Shown in pieces: positions 23,850 to 35,328 of a stretch of 64,000 nucleotides of DNA. Location: contig OU015567.1 in NCBI GenBank assembly GCA_907165135.1, positions 9,486,001 through 9,550,000 on the forward strand. Reading direction: 5' to 3'. The notes below the pieces were generated by a model. That model saw only the letters and a program-made list of their open reading frames with translations. It ran no database searches and was not told the DNA's origin. The position numbers were made by a program, and so were the translations under genes. The stretch is from Oikopleura dioica (lineage: Eukaryota; Animalia; Chordata). Position 1 is the stretch's first letter. Each line of letters begins with the position of its first letter.

Positions 23850-26800
23850 CTGAAGATATGGCTCTCCTATCATGGAAAGGTGCTGATATCAGGGTTTGTT
23901 CAATTGAAGATAACTTAGGCGCTATTGCCTCTTCTGACCATTTTGGAGTGGTGTCAGTCTGACCATATCTAATTTTGTCGTCAGAAGAATTTTTACGAAG
24001 TTTGAAAGAGAACACGAGAGAAATCAAGAACCATGAAGCTCCTTGGCTCACTTGTTCCAATAGGCCAGGGATAATAGTACAGAAGCTTTGACTTAGCATT
24101 ATCATTAAACCGGCTTGCCAGTGCTTCGCTGAGCCTCAGATTATAGTTATTGTCAATATATGGATATTCTTTGCAAGCATTTCATCATCTCTGTATAAGT
24201 AATGTCACAAAAACAACTTGCCCAAGTTTGCTCAAACGAAAGTTGGCTCTTAGATGAAGATGTGATTTGTAGCAAAGGGAATTTAAAAGATTCCTACTGC
24301 ACAATGTTCTGTCCGAAAGGGCTTGAACCCGTCATGTCGGAATGTCTCTGTGGCAAGCAATGCAAGTGGATGCCTGCGCGGCCCTTTTGTACAAACCCGG
24401 CAGATTATGAGATGTACTACGTAGATTCTTGGGATGTCACAGAAGAAGAAGTTCAGCTAAGGATTTCAATGATTTGACGTAACATCACTATCTGTTTTTT
24501 ATCTTGAATAGAAATAGACTTCATTGTTCTTTTTCTTCTATTATTTCATGTAGCATTAGGCCTACTATTTGCGATAATTCCATCTAAAAAAATCCATCAA
24601 TAGACACAAAAGCCAGAAGTATCTCCCGGATTATCTGCAGATTCAATCGAATCACCAGAAAAATACAAGTCGGTTAATGCAATTGCTCCACCAAAATGGA
24701 CAAATAAAGAAGAAGAGACGACCACCGAATATGTAAGCACAACAGTAGTTGCAACTACTTTATCAACAACGGAGTCGCTGATCATTTCGCTCTCTACCCG
24801 AGATCCAAAAGATGATTCTGACCGAGCAAACAGCGAGAAAAAAACTAGTGGGAAACGAACTGAGGCTGAAAAAGCAGTGCTAAAACTTCAAAAACAGCAG
24901 TTGCGCAAAGCAGCGAAAAAATCTGCGAAATTGGCTGCGAAAGAAAAAACACAGAAGGAAGTCGAGAAGCCGGAAAAAGTTAGTAAGCCAGTGAAAGTGG
25001 AAAACATACCAGAGCGTGTGTGTGAGACACCATCCTGGTTCGAATTCGTGTCCTGCTCAGATGGGCGTCAAAAGAATTCAGTCTGTGAGACCTCCTGCTA
25101 TGGTCAAGGGATCACATTCGACAAAAAAGAAATGAAGTCCACCTGTCAGTGTACAGAAGGTGTCTGCGAGTGGGACAACAAGAATGGACCTTCTTGCGTC
25201 ATCATTAAGTCAGAAAAGAATGTTACTGAGGATAAGGAGAAAGAAGTTCCAGACTTTTGCGAGGAGCTAGAATGGCTCGAATCTGGAGATGTCATCTGCT
25301 CAGAGAAGAATCATAAAGACTCCGTTTGCCTGATGAAAAGCTGTTCAAAGAGGCAGATCTCGACGGCGGTAAAATGCAAATGCTATACGAAAGATGACGA
25401 TGTCTCAAAATGCAAATGGCAGGAAGAGCTTAAGGATGACTTTACCAAAAGAGGTAAAGTAACAAGAAGAAATAAACAATTATATCTTATTATAATTACT
25501 GTTGTTTTGAGAATGACATATCTTGAGTTGACTGGATCTTAGAACAGACACCTTTTCTATTGTCTGCTAGCTCGATGATTGTAAATCTGAATAATTTCAA
25601 GGAAAAGCTGTCCATTCAAGAATGATCCAAGAATGCAAATTCAAATTTCCAGCTATGTTTTTCTTATTACAAAGTATAATTAAGGTCCTCGATGTATTCG
25701 TCAAGAAAAACGAGGACTAACAGACGAACGATGCGAAGAAGAAGACTGGTACGCATCTTCATTTGGCGCCAATCCTAAAATAGAGTGCACAAAGATGAAT
25801 AAGGATAAATCCGTCTGCCAGCATACTCAGTGCAAGAAAAACCAGGCGCCGATTCCAGGTAACTCTATTTATTATTTCAAAGAGAATCTAAACCGAAAAT
25901 GAAGCTACGTGCATGTGCTTCGACCGCTCAAGTGATACCAAGAAATGCAAGTGGAATAGAAGGCCCGATTGCGGAAATCCAGATAAAGTCGAGGATCCAA
26001 TTTCGCTCGGATTTAGGTAACGCTAGACCTCTCTAAATCAACAATTATCTGACGGAAATAAGGAGCTCGCAACGATGCCATAAGCCAACGAATTGGGATT
26101 ATATCAATGCTGTCAAGTGTACTAACGGATACAACAAGGTACATTTTTCCTCGATTAATTTACTGATTTCGATCATAGGGATCTGAATGCAGGATCAATC
26201 GATGTCCAGGCACAATGGTTCAGGCAACAGCAACATGCTCATGCTATGGCATTCGATGCACCTGGCTCTACGATCATGGAGAAAAGCAGCCGACATGTGT
26301 TCACGAGCCGCAGCCAAGCTCCAAATCTCAACAAGGCAAGTCTGATAAGAACATTCTAAACAAATCATCGATTCTATCTCAACTTGATTTTCTAAAATGA
26401 ACATTTTCGATCTCTAAATGAACAATTCAAGGCGATGGAATGTTGAGCGATGTTGGTATGGGCGGTTTAATGGAGGTGGAAGAACTTGAAGAGCAAGACA
26501 TTGAATCTTTTGGTAAATGAGTCTTTGTTAAGACTTTCACAGATTTTTTCAAGACTTCTCAAGCCGGGAATGTGATTCGATCGAAAATGGTTACACAATC
26601 TGCACAAGTAGAAACCACGAGGGCAGTAAATGCCGTCGCCTTGACTGTCAGTCAACAGAAACCATCTGTGTCTGTGGAGAGGTACGTTACTTATGATTTT
26701 TTCCAGTCACACGATTCTCACATGTGACTTTGTGAGGCTGAGTCTGATTGTCCGAAAATAATTTGCTTATCAAGGATTTTGCGCGAAAAAATTGCTCAGA

Positions 26801-27720
26801 TTTTCTCACGTTATTTTATAATTTTCCACTCACATGAGCCTTTTTCGTAATTTTTGAAATGGTTTTATATTCTGATTCCATCCAGATTTGCAATTTTGCT
26901 TGCTTGTTTGTGATATTATTGCCCCCTGGATAAGATAAGGTATAATTGGATAATATATAATAATGGATAATATATGATAATTTCTCAAGGAAAAGATCTG
27001 TCGTTTTGGAATTTATTGTCATGAGACAGCATAACAGCAAATAATACCATAACAAGAGAAAAATCCTCAATATGATTTTCACTGGCTAGAATGTAGCTAG
27101 AAAGAATATATTTCGCCGGATGTAGATAGATTCCTTTAATGGTCTCATCAGGGTTAATCATCGGCTCCTTTTAACTTACTATTTTGAAGAACGGATGCTC
27201 TTACGACAAAGGGCTGCCAACCTGTATGAGCAAGGCTGTGATGGCACGAGGATGCGACAAAAATGGTAAGCGCGGAACGTATTTTGGAAAGTAAAAGATG
27301 AAATCCTTCATTCAGGTTGTGACGGATGCGATAAGGCCCCGTGGATGGATCAGCCAACAACTCAGTGTACCCATTTTAATTTTCCAGGCTCCCAATGTTA
27401 CAGGTATTTAAAATGTCGATTTGGCGAAATAAAATGTTGCGATTGAAAACTCATTTTTGACTAATCACGGAAAATTGCCGTAATGAAAGGAGTTGAGAGA
27501 AGTTGCCTCACGTTACACAAGCCCGCTTAGATTAAGATATCATTTATCAAAAATCCTGGCGGATGAAAAAAACTCTGACTTGTCCGAATTAAGATCGAAC
27601 TGCTACCACCCGCTCCAATCGACGCGTGCGACTTGCCTCTGCGAATCCGTCAATGGAGTCACGAAATGCGACTGGAACTCAAGCCCAACTTGCTTCCGCC
27701 AGGCTAGATATGGGCGTTAA
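23850..27720 (+). CDS. Multi-exon, probably secreted protein with about 7 degenerate sushi/CCP-like Cys repeats and an S/T/E/K-rich linker; candidate extracellular matrix or house protein; 5' end unresolved
   Basis: Repeats of W..(V/I)xC-x5-7-(D/G/N)SxC..C..CxC-x5-10-CxW..(P)xC at about 24230, 25010, 25250, 25730, 26050, 26540 and 27340-27700. Ends ..CDWNSSPTCFRQARYGR*. No TM segment seen. Confidence 0.78.
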
Positions 27721-27847
27721 TAAAGATCCGCCCAGCTTGCGCCTGTATATAACTTTTTTATACTCTTAGAGCGAAATAAATCCACAAATGTTTTTCATTA
27801 TCAAAATTTGAAAATGTCCTTCAAATTTTCCCATTGTCAAGAAACGA

Positions 27848-28198
27848 TCAAGATTGCCCCTGTGAATTAGAAAACCTTATGCTTTTATTACAAACTTGAA
27901 GAGTTGTTACGTTCACCTTGCTAAGAGAAGTCTCGTAATCCTGAGCCGATTTGGTGGAATGTGGTGGAGCATATTTTAAGTGTGGTGTCATTCTAGGGTC
28001 TCCCCGTTGAACTCGATCTGCTCGATTCTTTGATAAGACCTCGGAAAAAGACAAATTGATGGCAAAGTTGTAATTTAAAATTTTCAACTCTTTGCGACTT
28101 TTTCTTCCCTTTTTCTGCAATCTAATTGGTTGTTATAAAAAAACGCCATCATGCGGAATATCAATCTCTATTCCTCCAAAAAGACTCCCTGGAGACAT
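27848..28198 (-). CDS. Possible small spliced gene (MSPGSLFGGIEIDIPHDG|VLSKNRADRVQRGDPRMTPHLKYAPPHSTKSAQDYETSLSKVNVTTLQ|GQS*)
   Basis: Two phase-0 GT-AG introns can be threaded in frame. No recognisable homology; may be chance. Confidence 0.25.
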
Positions 28199-28949
28199 TT
28201 TGGTGGCGACCCTAGATGGTGGAGTAAAGTTGGTGTAGGCCACGAAAAGGCAGGTAGCGACGCTCTAAAGCAGTGTTAGAAAGCGTCTCTCTTGTACTAG
28301 ACCGAGGAAAGTCAAAACAGACAGTTGAACAAGAAACGATCACCGAAGCGGGGTGACGCAATCCACCCGCCACTCACGAAACCGTCACTTTTCTTTCTTA
28401 GCCAGCTCTATTGAACGGCTTTTGAAAATATTGAGATTTTACGCATTCTTATCATTTATCATTTCACTCCATTTATATATTTTTAAAGGGCATTAAACAA
28501 ATATGCTAATATACCAATTCTACTTGTAAGGACAGTAGTGCTAAATCGTATTAGTCCAGAGAAAATAATTGAAAATTCACCATCGAAAAAGAATCATTTC
28601 TTGCTCGATCCGCTAGAACCACGTTTTTTGTATTGATATAATTCGCATCTAATCGACAAAATGGATTGATATTAGATAAGAAAAAACGTGACATTTATCG
28701 CAAAAGAATATGCTTCTTATATCATCATTTGCGCCAGATATTGCGCATAATCATTGTTGTGATAAGTGTGTCCATAAATTAATAATAAGTCAAAGATACA
28801 TTTGAGCAGGATAGACCATCAATAATACACAGTCACGAGGTTATGCAGCAACGTAAATAATCTTTTAGCAGCGTTCGTATAGTTTCCCTTATTCATATAT
28901 GATATATCAAAGAAGCTAAGAAAGTAAGAGCTTCTGATGAAACACCAAT

Positions 28950-28985
28950 ATGGACCATATTATATGGTCCATATATTATATGGAG
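28950..28985. repeat. Palindromic ATATGGACCATAT-type minisatellite; related ATATGAT runs near 18085-18125 and 33836-33872
   Basis: Directly visible: atatggaccatattatatggtccatattatatgg. Confidence 0.7.
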
Positions 28986-29929
28986 AATTGATAATGGTCA
29001 TTGATAAACAAGGCGCTTTTATTCTGACAGGAATTTTTCATCAAAGTGGTCTTTTTATTGTGATATTTAATATATCATATATTATTATGGCTCGTAGAAT
29101 GTGAGAATGTCAATATTATTGTCACTTTAGAAAATAATAAATTAACAAAATTGAAAGGCTGGTTCTTGACTCTTTCTGCTACCGGAAGTCTTCCTTCTGA
29201 AGTGATTTAATATAAAGTTTTGATGGTATTATTCGAGTGCTCTAGTAAATTATAGCAGGCTTGGCGATGGTAGGGTTGTTCATTGAACGGTTTCTAAAAA
29301 GTGGTGGCGGCGTGCATTATCGGCTGAGGCGCTCCTATGCGCCATCGCGGACTGATGGTGGTGGAGGTGCCCGCGGCAACGAGCGCAGAGCCAATCAGCG
29401 CGCGCATCACGTTCTGAAGAGGTTTAGAAGGCTCCTCCAAGAGCCGAATTCTCAGTAATCGCCCTCTTCGGAGAAACGCGCCAGAGCAGGCTCACTCACA
29501 ACCGAGTACCGCGTATTTCGTGAACATCACTTTCAGAAAAAAAAACTTTTTTAAACTTAAGCGAATTTCATAATAAATTTTGAGAAAATCAAGAAAGAGC
29601 AAATAGAGAATCCAAGAAGACATCATCTGGTGAGTTTACCTTTTGGACTTAGAGAGAGAGATTTTGATGATGGAAGATACTTTTCGTTATGGCGATTTAT
29701 AGGGAGAATTTTCAGGAAATTTTTATGGTAAAAATAGAATGGGCTAACAAAAATGCCTTCATTTATATTAATGGATTGTAATGTAAACGGTCGATTACCA
29801 TAAAAAATACTTTTATCCAAAAAATAAAATATTTCCAAGCCTGCTATTTCGGAAAATGGTTCAAGTGTTTATCATCAAAAAATTGCTTGGCTGAATTGAG
29901 ATTCGGAATTGATGCAAAATTCGGTGGAA

Positions 29930-30200
29930 CCATTTCTTTTCTTCGTAGATTAAAATTCCGGCAGCCTTTTTACGGGAAATGGACCAAAGCCAAATGCGCA
30001 CGAAATTTGGAAAATTAATTCGTTCTGAATTAATTTTATCATTGTTACTTATCATGAAAATGAATTGAAATTCGTTATTAATCCTTAATCGGATGACATT
30101 GATCATTTTTCTCTCAATATAAAAAATTCCGGCACCCTTTTTAGGGCAAAAATAACATAACCAAATACGCACGAAATTCGGAAAATTCGCTTTTTTCTGA
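29930..30200. repeat. Degenerate tandem duplication (period about 170 bp)
   Basis: AAAATTCCGGCA(G/C)CCTTTTT and CCAAAT(G/A)CGCACGAAATT(T/C)GGAAAATT each occur twice. This explains the doubled NFPNFVRIWL in ORF 29861-30226. Confidence 0.7.
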
Positions 30201-32405
30201 ATTAATTTCCCTTTTTGTACGCACAAAAACTTCTATCTGTAGCGTATTAGATGATTTAATAAAGATTAAATTCTTGAAGGAATTTTGCGCGATTGACGGT
30301 CAAAGATTTTTCCGAAGTAAAAATTTTCTTTTGACCGTTCTTGATCATTTTTACAGTAAAAACGGGATATAAATATTAAGGATCTCCACTTTGATAAGCC
30401 TGGGATTGATTAAAGAGCTTGTCGAATCGAAATTTTCCGAGAAAAGCTTCTTCTTCTGAGTAGGCCGGGCGCGCGCTGATGTGGTTTGATGGTGCAGTTG
30501 CCAAGTGCTCACCTGAGCCGGGTGTAGTAACACCACCACCGCCATTCAGAGCTTACCTGACTAACGCAAAGCTTTACGTAACGAACGCTCCAGCGAAATT
30601 TGGGTTACATCAACCCTGTTTGATATGTCAGCACAATCCGAAGCTCGCTCAAATTCCATTCGAGACCATATAATTCTGCAAAAAATATAGCTCGATTTTT
30701 CACTTGAAAAAACAGTCATTTTTTGGCGTCATTATCAAAAGGTTAATGCGGACATTTATTGTTATTTTTAAGCGAAAAATATCAAGAAAAATAGTCATTT
30801 TCAGACAAATGTCTACACGTGCACGGTTTTTCATATATTTACCCATAAAAATGAGGAATAAATCACCTAAAAATCCGTTCAAAAAGACAGGTTCTGGAAA
30901 TATGCAAGTCAGTAGCGTCTATTTCATCAACGAGCCGAATTAATATGTATTTTGTCGGTTTTTATCGGCACCGATATAAAACAAATGAGTTGAAACATCG
31001 GTAAAATTACGACCCTGATTTCATTTTATCGGAATGAACGCGCCAAGGGCCATAAAACCAATTTTCGCTTATACGAATTTCCAGGCTCAGACTGGAATTT
31101 TCATCATCAAAATAACACTCTTTTTTTGCCATTTTCTTCTCCAAAGAGATTAACGAATTCATCCTTAGAAAATAAAAGAACGACATCTTCAAATCGATTC
31201 TTCCAGAGGAAATCTTCACAGTTGGTATTCATCGCATCCCTTCTTCACTTATCGAAATCATATTTTACAAAAAAAAAGAGAAATATTTAAAAATTTTGAA
31301 GAACTATTCAAAATTTTACAAATTTTTTTACTAAAAGAGCATAAAAATTATCGAGGATATTTTCTTCCGACAAGAGTAAAGATGAACGGCGCTAAAATAT
31401 TCTTTTGCCGAAATAGCGAGATCGGAAATGAGCTGATAATGTGTTTCCGCGGTTATTTAATGCGATCTTTCTAAAACAAATTGATTAGCTACTGTTCAAA
31501 TTCTAGCATATAGATTCCATGCCGAATAATGACATTTTAATAGCATTTAAGACGTAATTTTCAATATCCAAACCCTTGATTTCTAATTTGAACGAACGCG
31601 ACTGTAACTTGCGAAAATCTTATCACTACGGATTGAACTATCGAAAGAATGGTTGTTATACAGATCATCGGAATTCTAGAGCTCTGTGTGTAGGCACTTC
31701 CGCTTTAGAATGGTGCTGGTGGAGCACTAAGCGCCTGGCTGGAGCACAAAGCACTGGCCCTCGGGCGCCTCGCTCCTTTGTCCTTTTTAGAACCACTTTT
31801 TCGTACTGTAGCTCCACTATAGATTTTCGAAGTCAACATATTTGCAATCCAAAAAGTAGCTTCAAATTTATTTCAAAAATGAGTCAGCAATTTTAGAACA
31901 TTAGGAGCCATAAAAGATGAGCGGTATTTAAGGGAATGCGGGAGTAATGCCATATTGACAATATGATATTGTGGTCAAGTTAGACAGATAGTGACTCCAC
32001 CAAATACCACAGATGGAATCGACTTAATTCAACCTTTTTGTCATTTCTGAGATGATTAGCCTTAAAACATACTGATATCTTATTAGTTTATACATTAGAA
32101 GTCGTATCAATCATTTTTCATGAAAATGTCCTTGTTGATTTTTGCTATTTGATCGAGCGTTTTATGTTATTTTAACTTTTTACCAGAATTCAGTGACATG
32201 TGCTAACGATCATGCAAATTTCTTTGAAGCTGGTCAGCCAGAGGAACAATCTACCAGACGACAAATAACCAACTATAAATAAACTTATCGCATCCAAAAC
32301 AACAGGTTTTTATCAGCAGAAATGCGGTTGTATAACCTTATCTTTTTAATCCAAAAGTTTCTTCGAAAACATCCTTAAAATAATTCTAGAGCTAATCCTC
32401 TTAAC

Positions 32406-34344
32406 ATGGATACAATCGGTCTCACTGCGATTCCGCGTCCGATTCCGACAGTCGGCCTTCCGAAAATTCCAACAACAATTTCCGCCGTCACCACTTCTTC
32501 CACAAATTCAAATACAAAACTCAATTCCCAGCCTCACAAGACGTTGCCTCCGAAGCGATGCCTCAGTCCTCCAAGACATTCGCCGCCAGACCCAAATAAA
32601 CCAGTCATAAATCCAATCACCAACCGGTATTTATAGAATCAGCTATCTAAACGCTTGTTTTTATGAATATGAATTTTTCACAGCTATTTTTCTTATTATC
32701 CGAAGTCACGACTCTCGGACTAAATATATGGAAGTGCATTTTTGGATTACCAATGAGATTGCTGTATTCGGCCTACAGACCAATCAAAACTCTAATCCAT
32801 ATAATCACTTCCATATAAAGGTTCACCCCCAATTTTCATAAACATTTTTGAAAAGTCGATTTTTGGAATTACAAAATTTCGACCCCGGAAATGGATTCTA
32901 CGGGTCAAAGGACGATTTTTTGGGGGGTCTATCTCGAATCTAACATCCTCATAATCGCGTTTGAAATTTGACTTGGAACATTTAAAATAGCTCTCGCTGA
33001 AAAGCTACTATAATAATTATCTATCAAACTATTAGACTTAACTATCCGTTAAGAAAATCATATGATCACATCACCGACCGAGAGCTTCGAAAAAAGCTAA
33101 AAAACCGCGAATCGGCGCAGGCCGCACGTGATCGAAAGAAAGCAAAAATGATGGCCCTTGAAAGGCAACTCGGAGACATGGCCGAAAGAAACAAATTCTT
33201 GGAAAACGAAAATCGCGACTTGAAAGGAAGACTTCAGAGAGTTGAAGCCGAGGCTTTCTGGAGGCTCGTAAAACAGCCTGGCGAAGGTAGAAATAACAAA
33301 AATATCGTAGAATCGGGGATTCTAAATGTGAAAACTTGAGAATCGAATGAGAAAATAAGATTTCTAAATCAAATCTAGGAAATATGGAAGGCAACCCCAT
33401 GATGCCCAATGGAATGCATCCAAACATGCACGCAAACATGCATGTCGAAGGCCAGCAGATTCCGCCAGAGCTCCACCAACTCCACCAGCGACAGATGCAG
33501 CTTCTTTTCGAAAACGGTGCTGCTTTCAACCAAGCTGCGATGCAGCAGGGACAGAGTCAGCAAATGCCAATCAGTAAGCAGAAGAATTGTTCATTTTAAA
33601 CTATATTAATGATAAAAAGTTCCTTCTCTTATGAATTTTATTAGACAATCAGCAGCAACCGCAGAAGAACCAGCAAAGTCAGCGACCAGAGACTCCAAGC
33701 ATTTCTGACATCGATTCTACCGACTCCAATCCTTTCGCTTCTCTTCGCTTGCCCAAGGGAGAGCCTCTTGACGAAGACCAGCTCGCTGAATTAGCTTCAG
33801 GACGCGCTAGGTAATAAAGTTATACAGTGTTACCTCATATGATATGATATCATATGATATGATTCATATGATAATTTTCCGTCAATTGCTAATGGAAAAA
33901 CAATAATCGCTATTATTAGAAGATATCAGAATTTCAAATTCGTCCATGATCATTAATACAATATATTTTCTCTTCGAAAAGGCAATATAACAGCGTATTA
34001 AAAATATGTTAAGCGATCTCTTGGCCCTGACTGCTAGACGATTCAGCCTCAGTTCCGCCTCATCTGAGCTCGCTGCGTCCGTAAATCCAGAACACCTGGA
34101 TGACTGGATCTTGCGAAACTTTAAAGGCGAAGGCTCACCTCTTTCAAATAAGGCAGCCTCGACTGGCTACTCGTCTGGTTCCTGTGACTCTCCCGATCAT
34201 TCTGGTGAGCCCGCTTCGCCCGAATTCGCCGGTGCCTGGGCCGCGACTTCCGGCTCCAATCGAACCAGCTCATCTGACTCGGGCTGCATCGTCAATGAAA
34301 ACTGCTTCAGCCAAAAACTCCCCCCATTCAAGCTCGAGAAATGA
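32406..34344 (+). CDS. XBP1: XBP1-family bZIP transcription factor; exons 32406-32626, 33054-33286, 33379-33573, 33645-33810, 34014-34344
   Basis: The basic region RKKLKNRESAQAARDRKKAKMMALERQL matches XBP1 RRKLKNRVAAQTARDRKKARM. Four phase-compatible GT-AG introns, then Q/M/N-rich and acidic S-rich C-terminal regions. Family assignment is firm; one-to-one orthology is not shown. Confidence 0.85.
32818..32975. mobile_element. Partial copy of the Kolobok-type MITE family, in XBP1 intron 1
   Basis: GGAAATGGATTCTACGG..ACGATTTT..TTTTTGGGGGTCTATCTCGA is shared with 45531-45865 and, reversed, with 42199-42499. Confidence 0.75.
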
Positions 34345-35054
34345 GTTACTTCTGGTGTTCTCTTAATTTACAAATACCCACAGTCAACCGAGTCATGAGG
34401 ATCAAGCGAATAAGTTCCGAAACGTCAAACAAAAAATAATAATTCGATCCCATTTTGCCACGCGTTTTGTTTGCCTTGCCACCTTACTTGAATCTTTTTG
34501 CTTATACCATTTGAACCGCTTCGATATTTTGCCACATCTTTCTGTAGCTCAAAAAGCCAACAACGAAGATTACTATTCAAGGTCGCGATTTTCGAATTTT
34601 CTGCTCGTGGCTTCTCGCAATTCAGTGAAATTATACATCTTTTTCGTAAGACTTGCATTTTATGATTAACTCGGAAGAAGGGAGTACGAGCAGCGCGATT
34701 CTTAAAAAAACCCCCAATTGCCATAAAACAGAATTAAGTTCAAAGCTATAATAGTCACTACTTTCAGCGACCTTCGTGTATATTGCCATTCAAATTCACA
34801 TCTTTAATGATGTAATTTTGTGCCTGTATAAAAACACTTGAATATGAGCCACCAAGGCCTTTCATGACAATATTTCAAATTGGACGCGGTTTTCACAATA
34901 AATTATTTGTTAAAAAAGCTGTTGTTTTACTCTTCCTGGTTGTAGTGAAGACATAGAAGAGAACAAGATGTTTTGAATTTCAGGCAGTGTTGTATTAGTT
35001 GTGATTTCTATGTACAGTCAGATAAAGAAAGAAAAAATATTTCAGTGAAGGGAT

Positions 35055-35237
35055 TTAAAGCCATTTGAGAGCTGCAGCTCGTCGAATCTGCATCATTTTA
35101 ATTTGTTGAGCAGTTGGTTGTCTGATGACAGTTTGGCTAGCGAATTGTCGAGATCGGATAGCTTTGAGATGGTATTGAGCGGCGGTGGAAGCCGAGACTG
35201 AGGCAATGAGAGCGATGAGGAGAACGAGAAACTTCAT
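35055..35237 (-). CDS. Intronless 60-aa secreted cationic peptide (MKFLVLLIALIASVSA|STAAQYHLKAIRSRQFASQTVIRQPTAQQIKMMQIRRAAALKWL)
   Basis: Textbook signal peptide; A-rich leader CAAACAAAAAATG; TATTTAAA box about 55 nt upstream; mature region has 8 K/R and no D/E. Confidence 0.85.
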   Translation of the reverse strand: MKFLVLLIALIASVSASTAAQYHLKAIRSRQFASQTVIRQPTAQQIKMMQIRRAAALKWL

Positions 35238-35319
35238 TTTTTGTTTGTTTTGAGTTGCTAGTTTGATGCTTCTGATGCTGACTGTAGCTGTTTAAATACT
35301 CTTTGAAGAGGCCTCGACT

Positions 35320-35328
35320 GTGGCGCTA
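35320..35328 (-). promoter_or_regulatory. TAGCGCCAC element upstream of the cationic peptide gene
   Basis: Same TAGCGCCA core, same orientation and similar spacing to the TATA box (about 35291-35298) as in peptide genes A and B. Confidence 0.45.

Noticed and set aside
29861-30226. 121-aa ORF with a repeated NFPNFVRIWL
   Set aside because: Explained by a DNA-level tandem duplication in AT-rich sequence; non-ATG start.
34100-34366. Overlapping +1 ORF in the last XBP1 exon, as an XBP1u/s-type dual-coding region
   Set aside because: The frame is closed by stops near 34028 and 34082 and no IRE1 site pair was found to reach it; a 23/26-nt excision would shift to the other frame.
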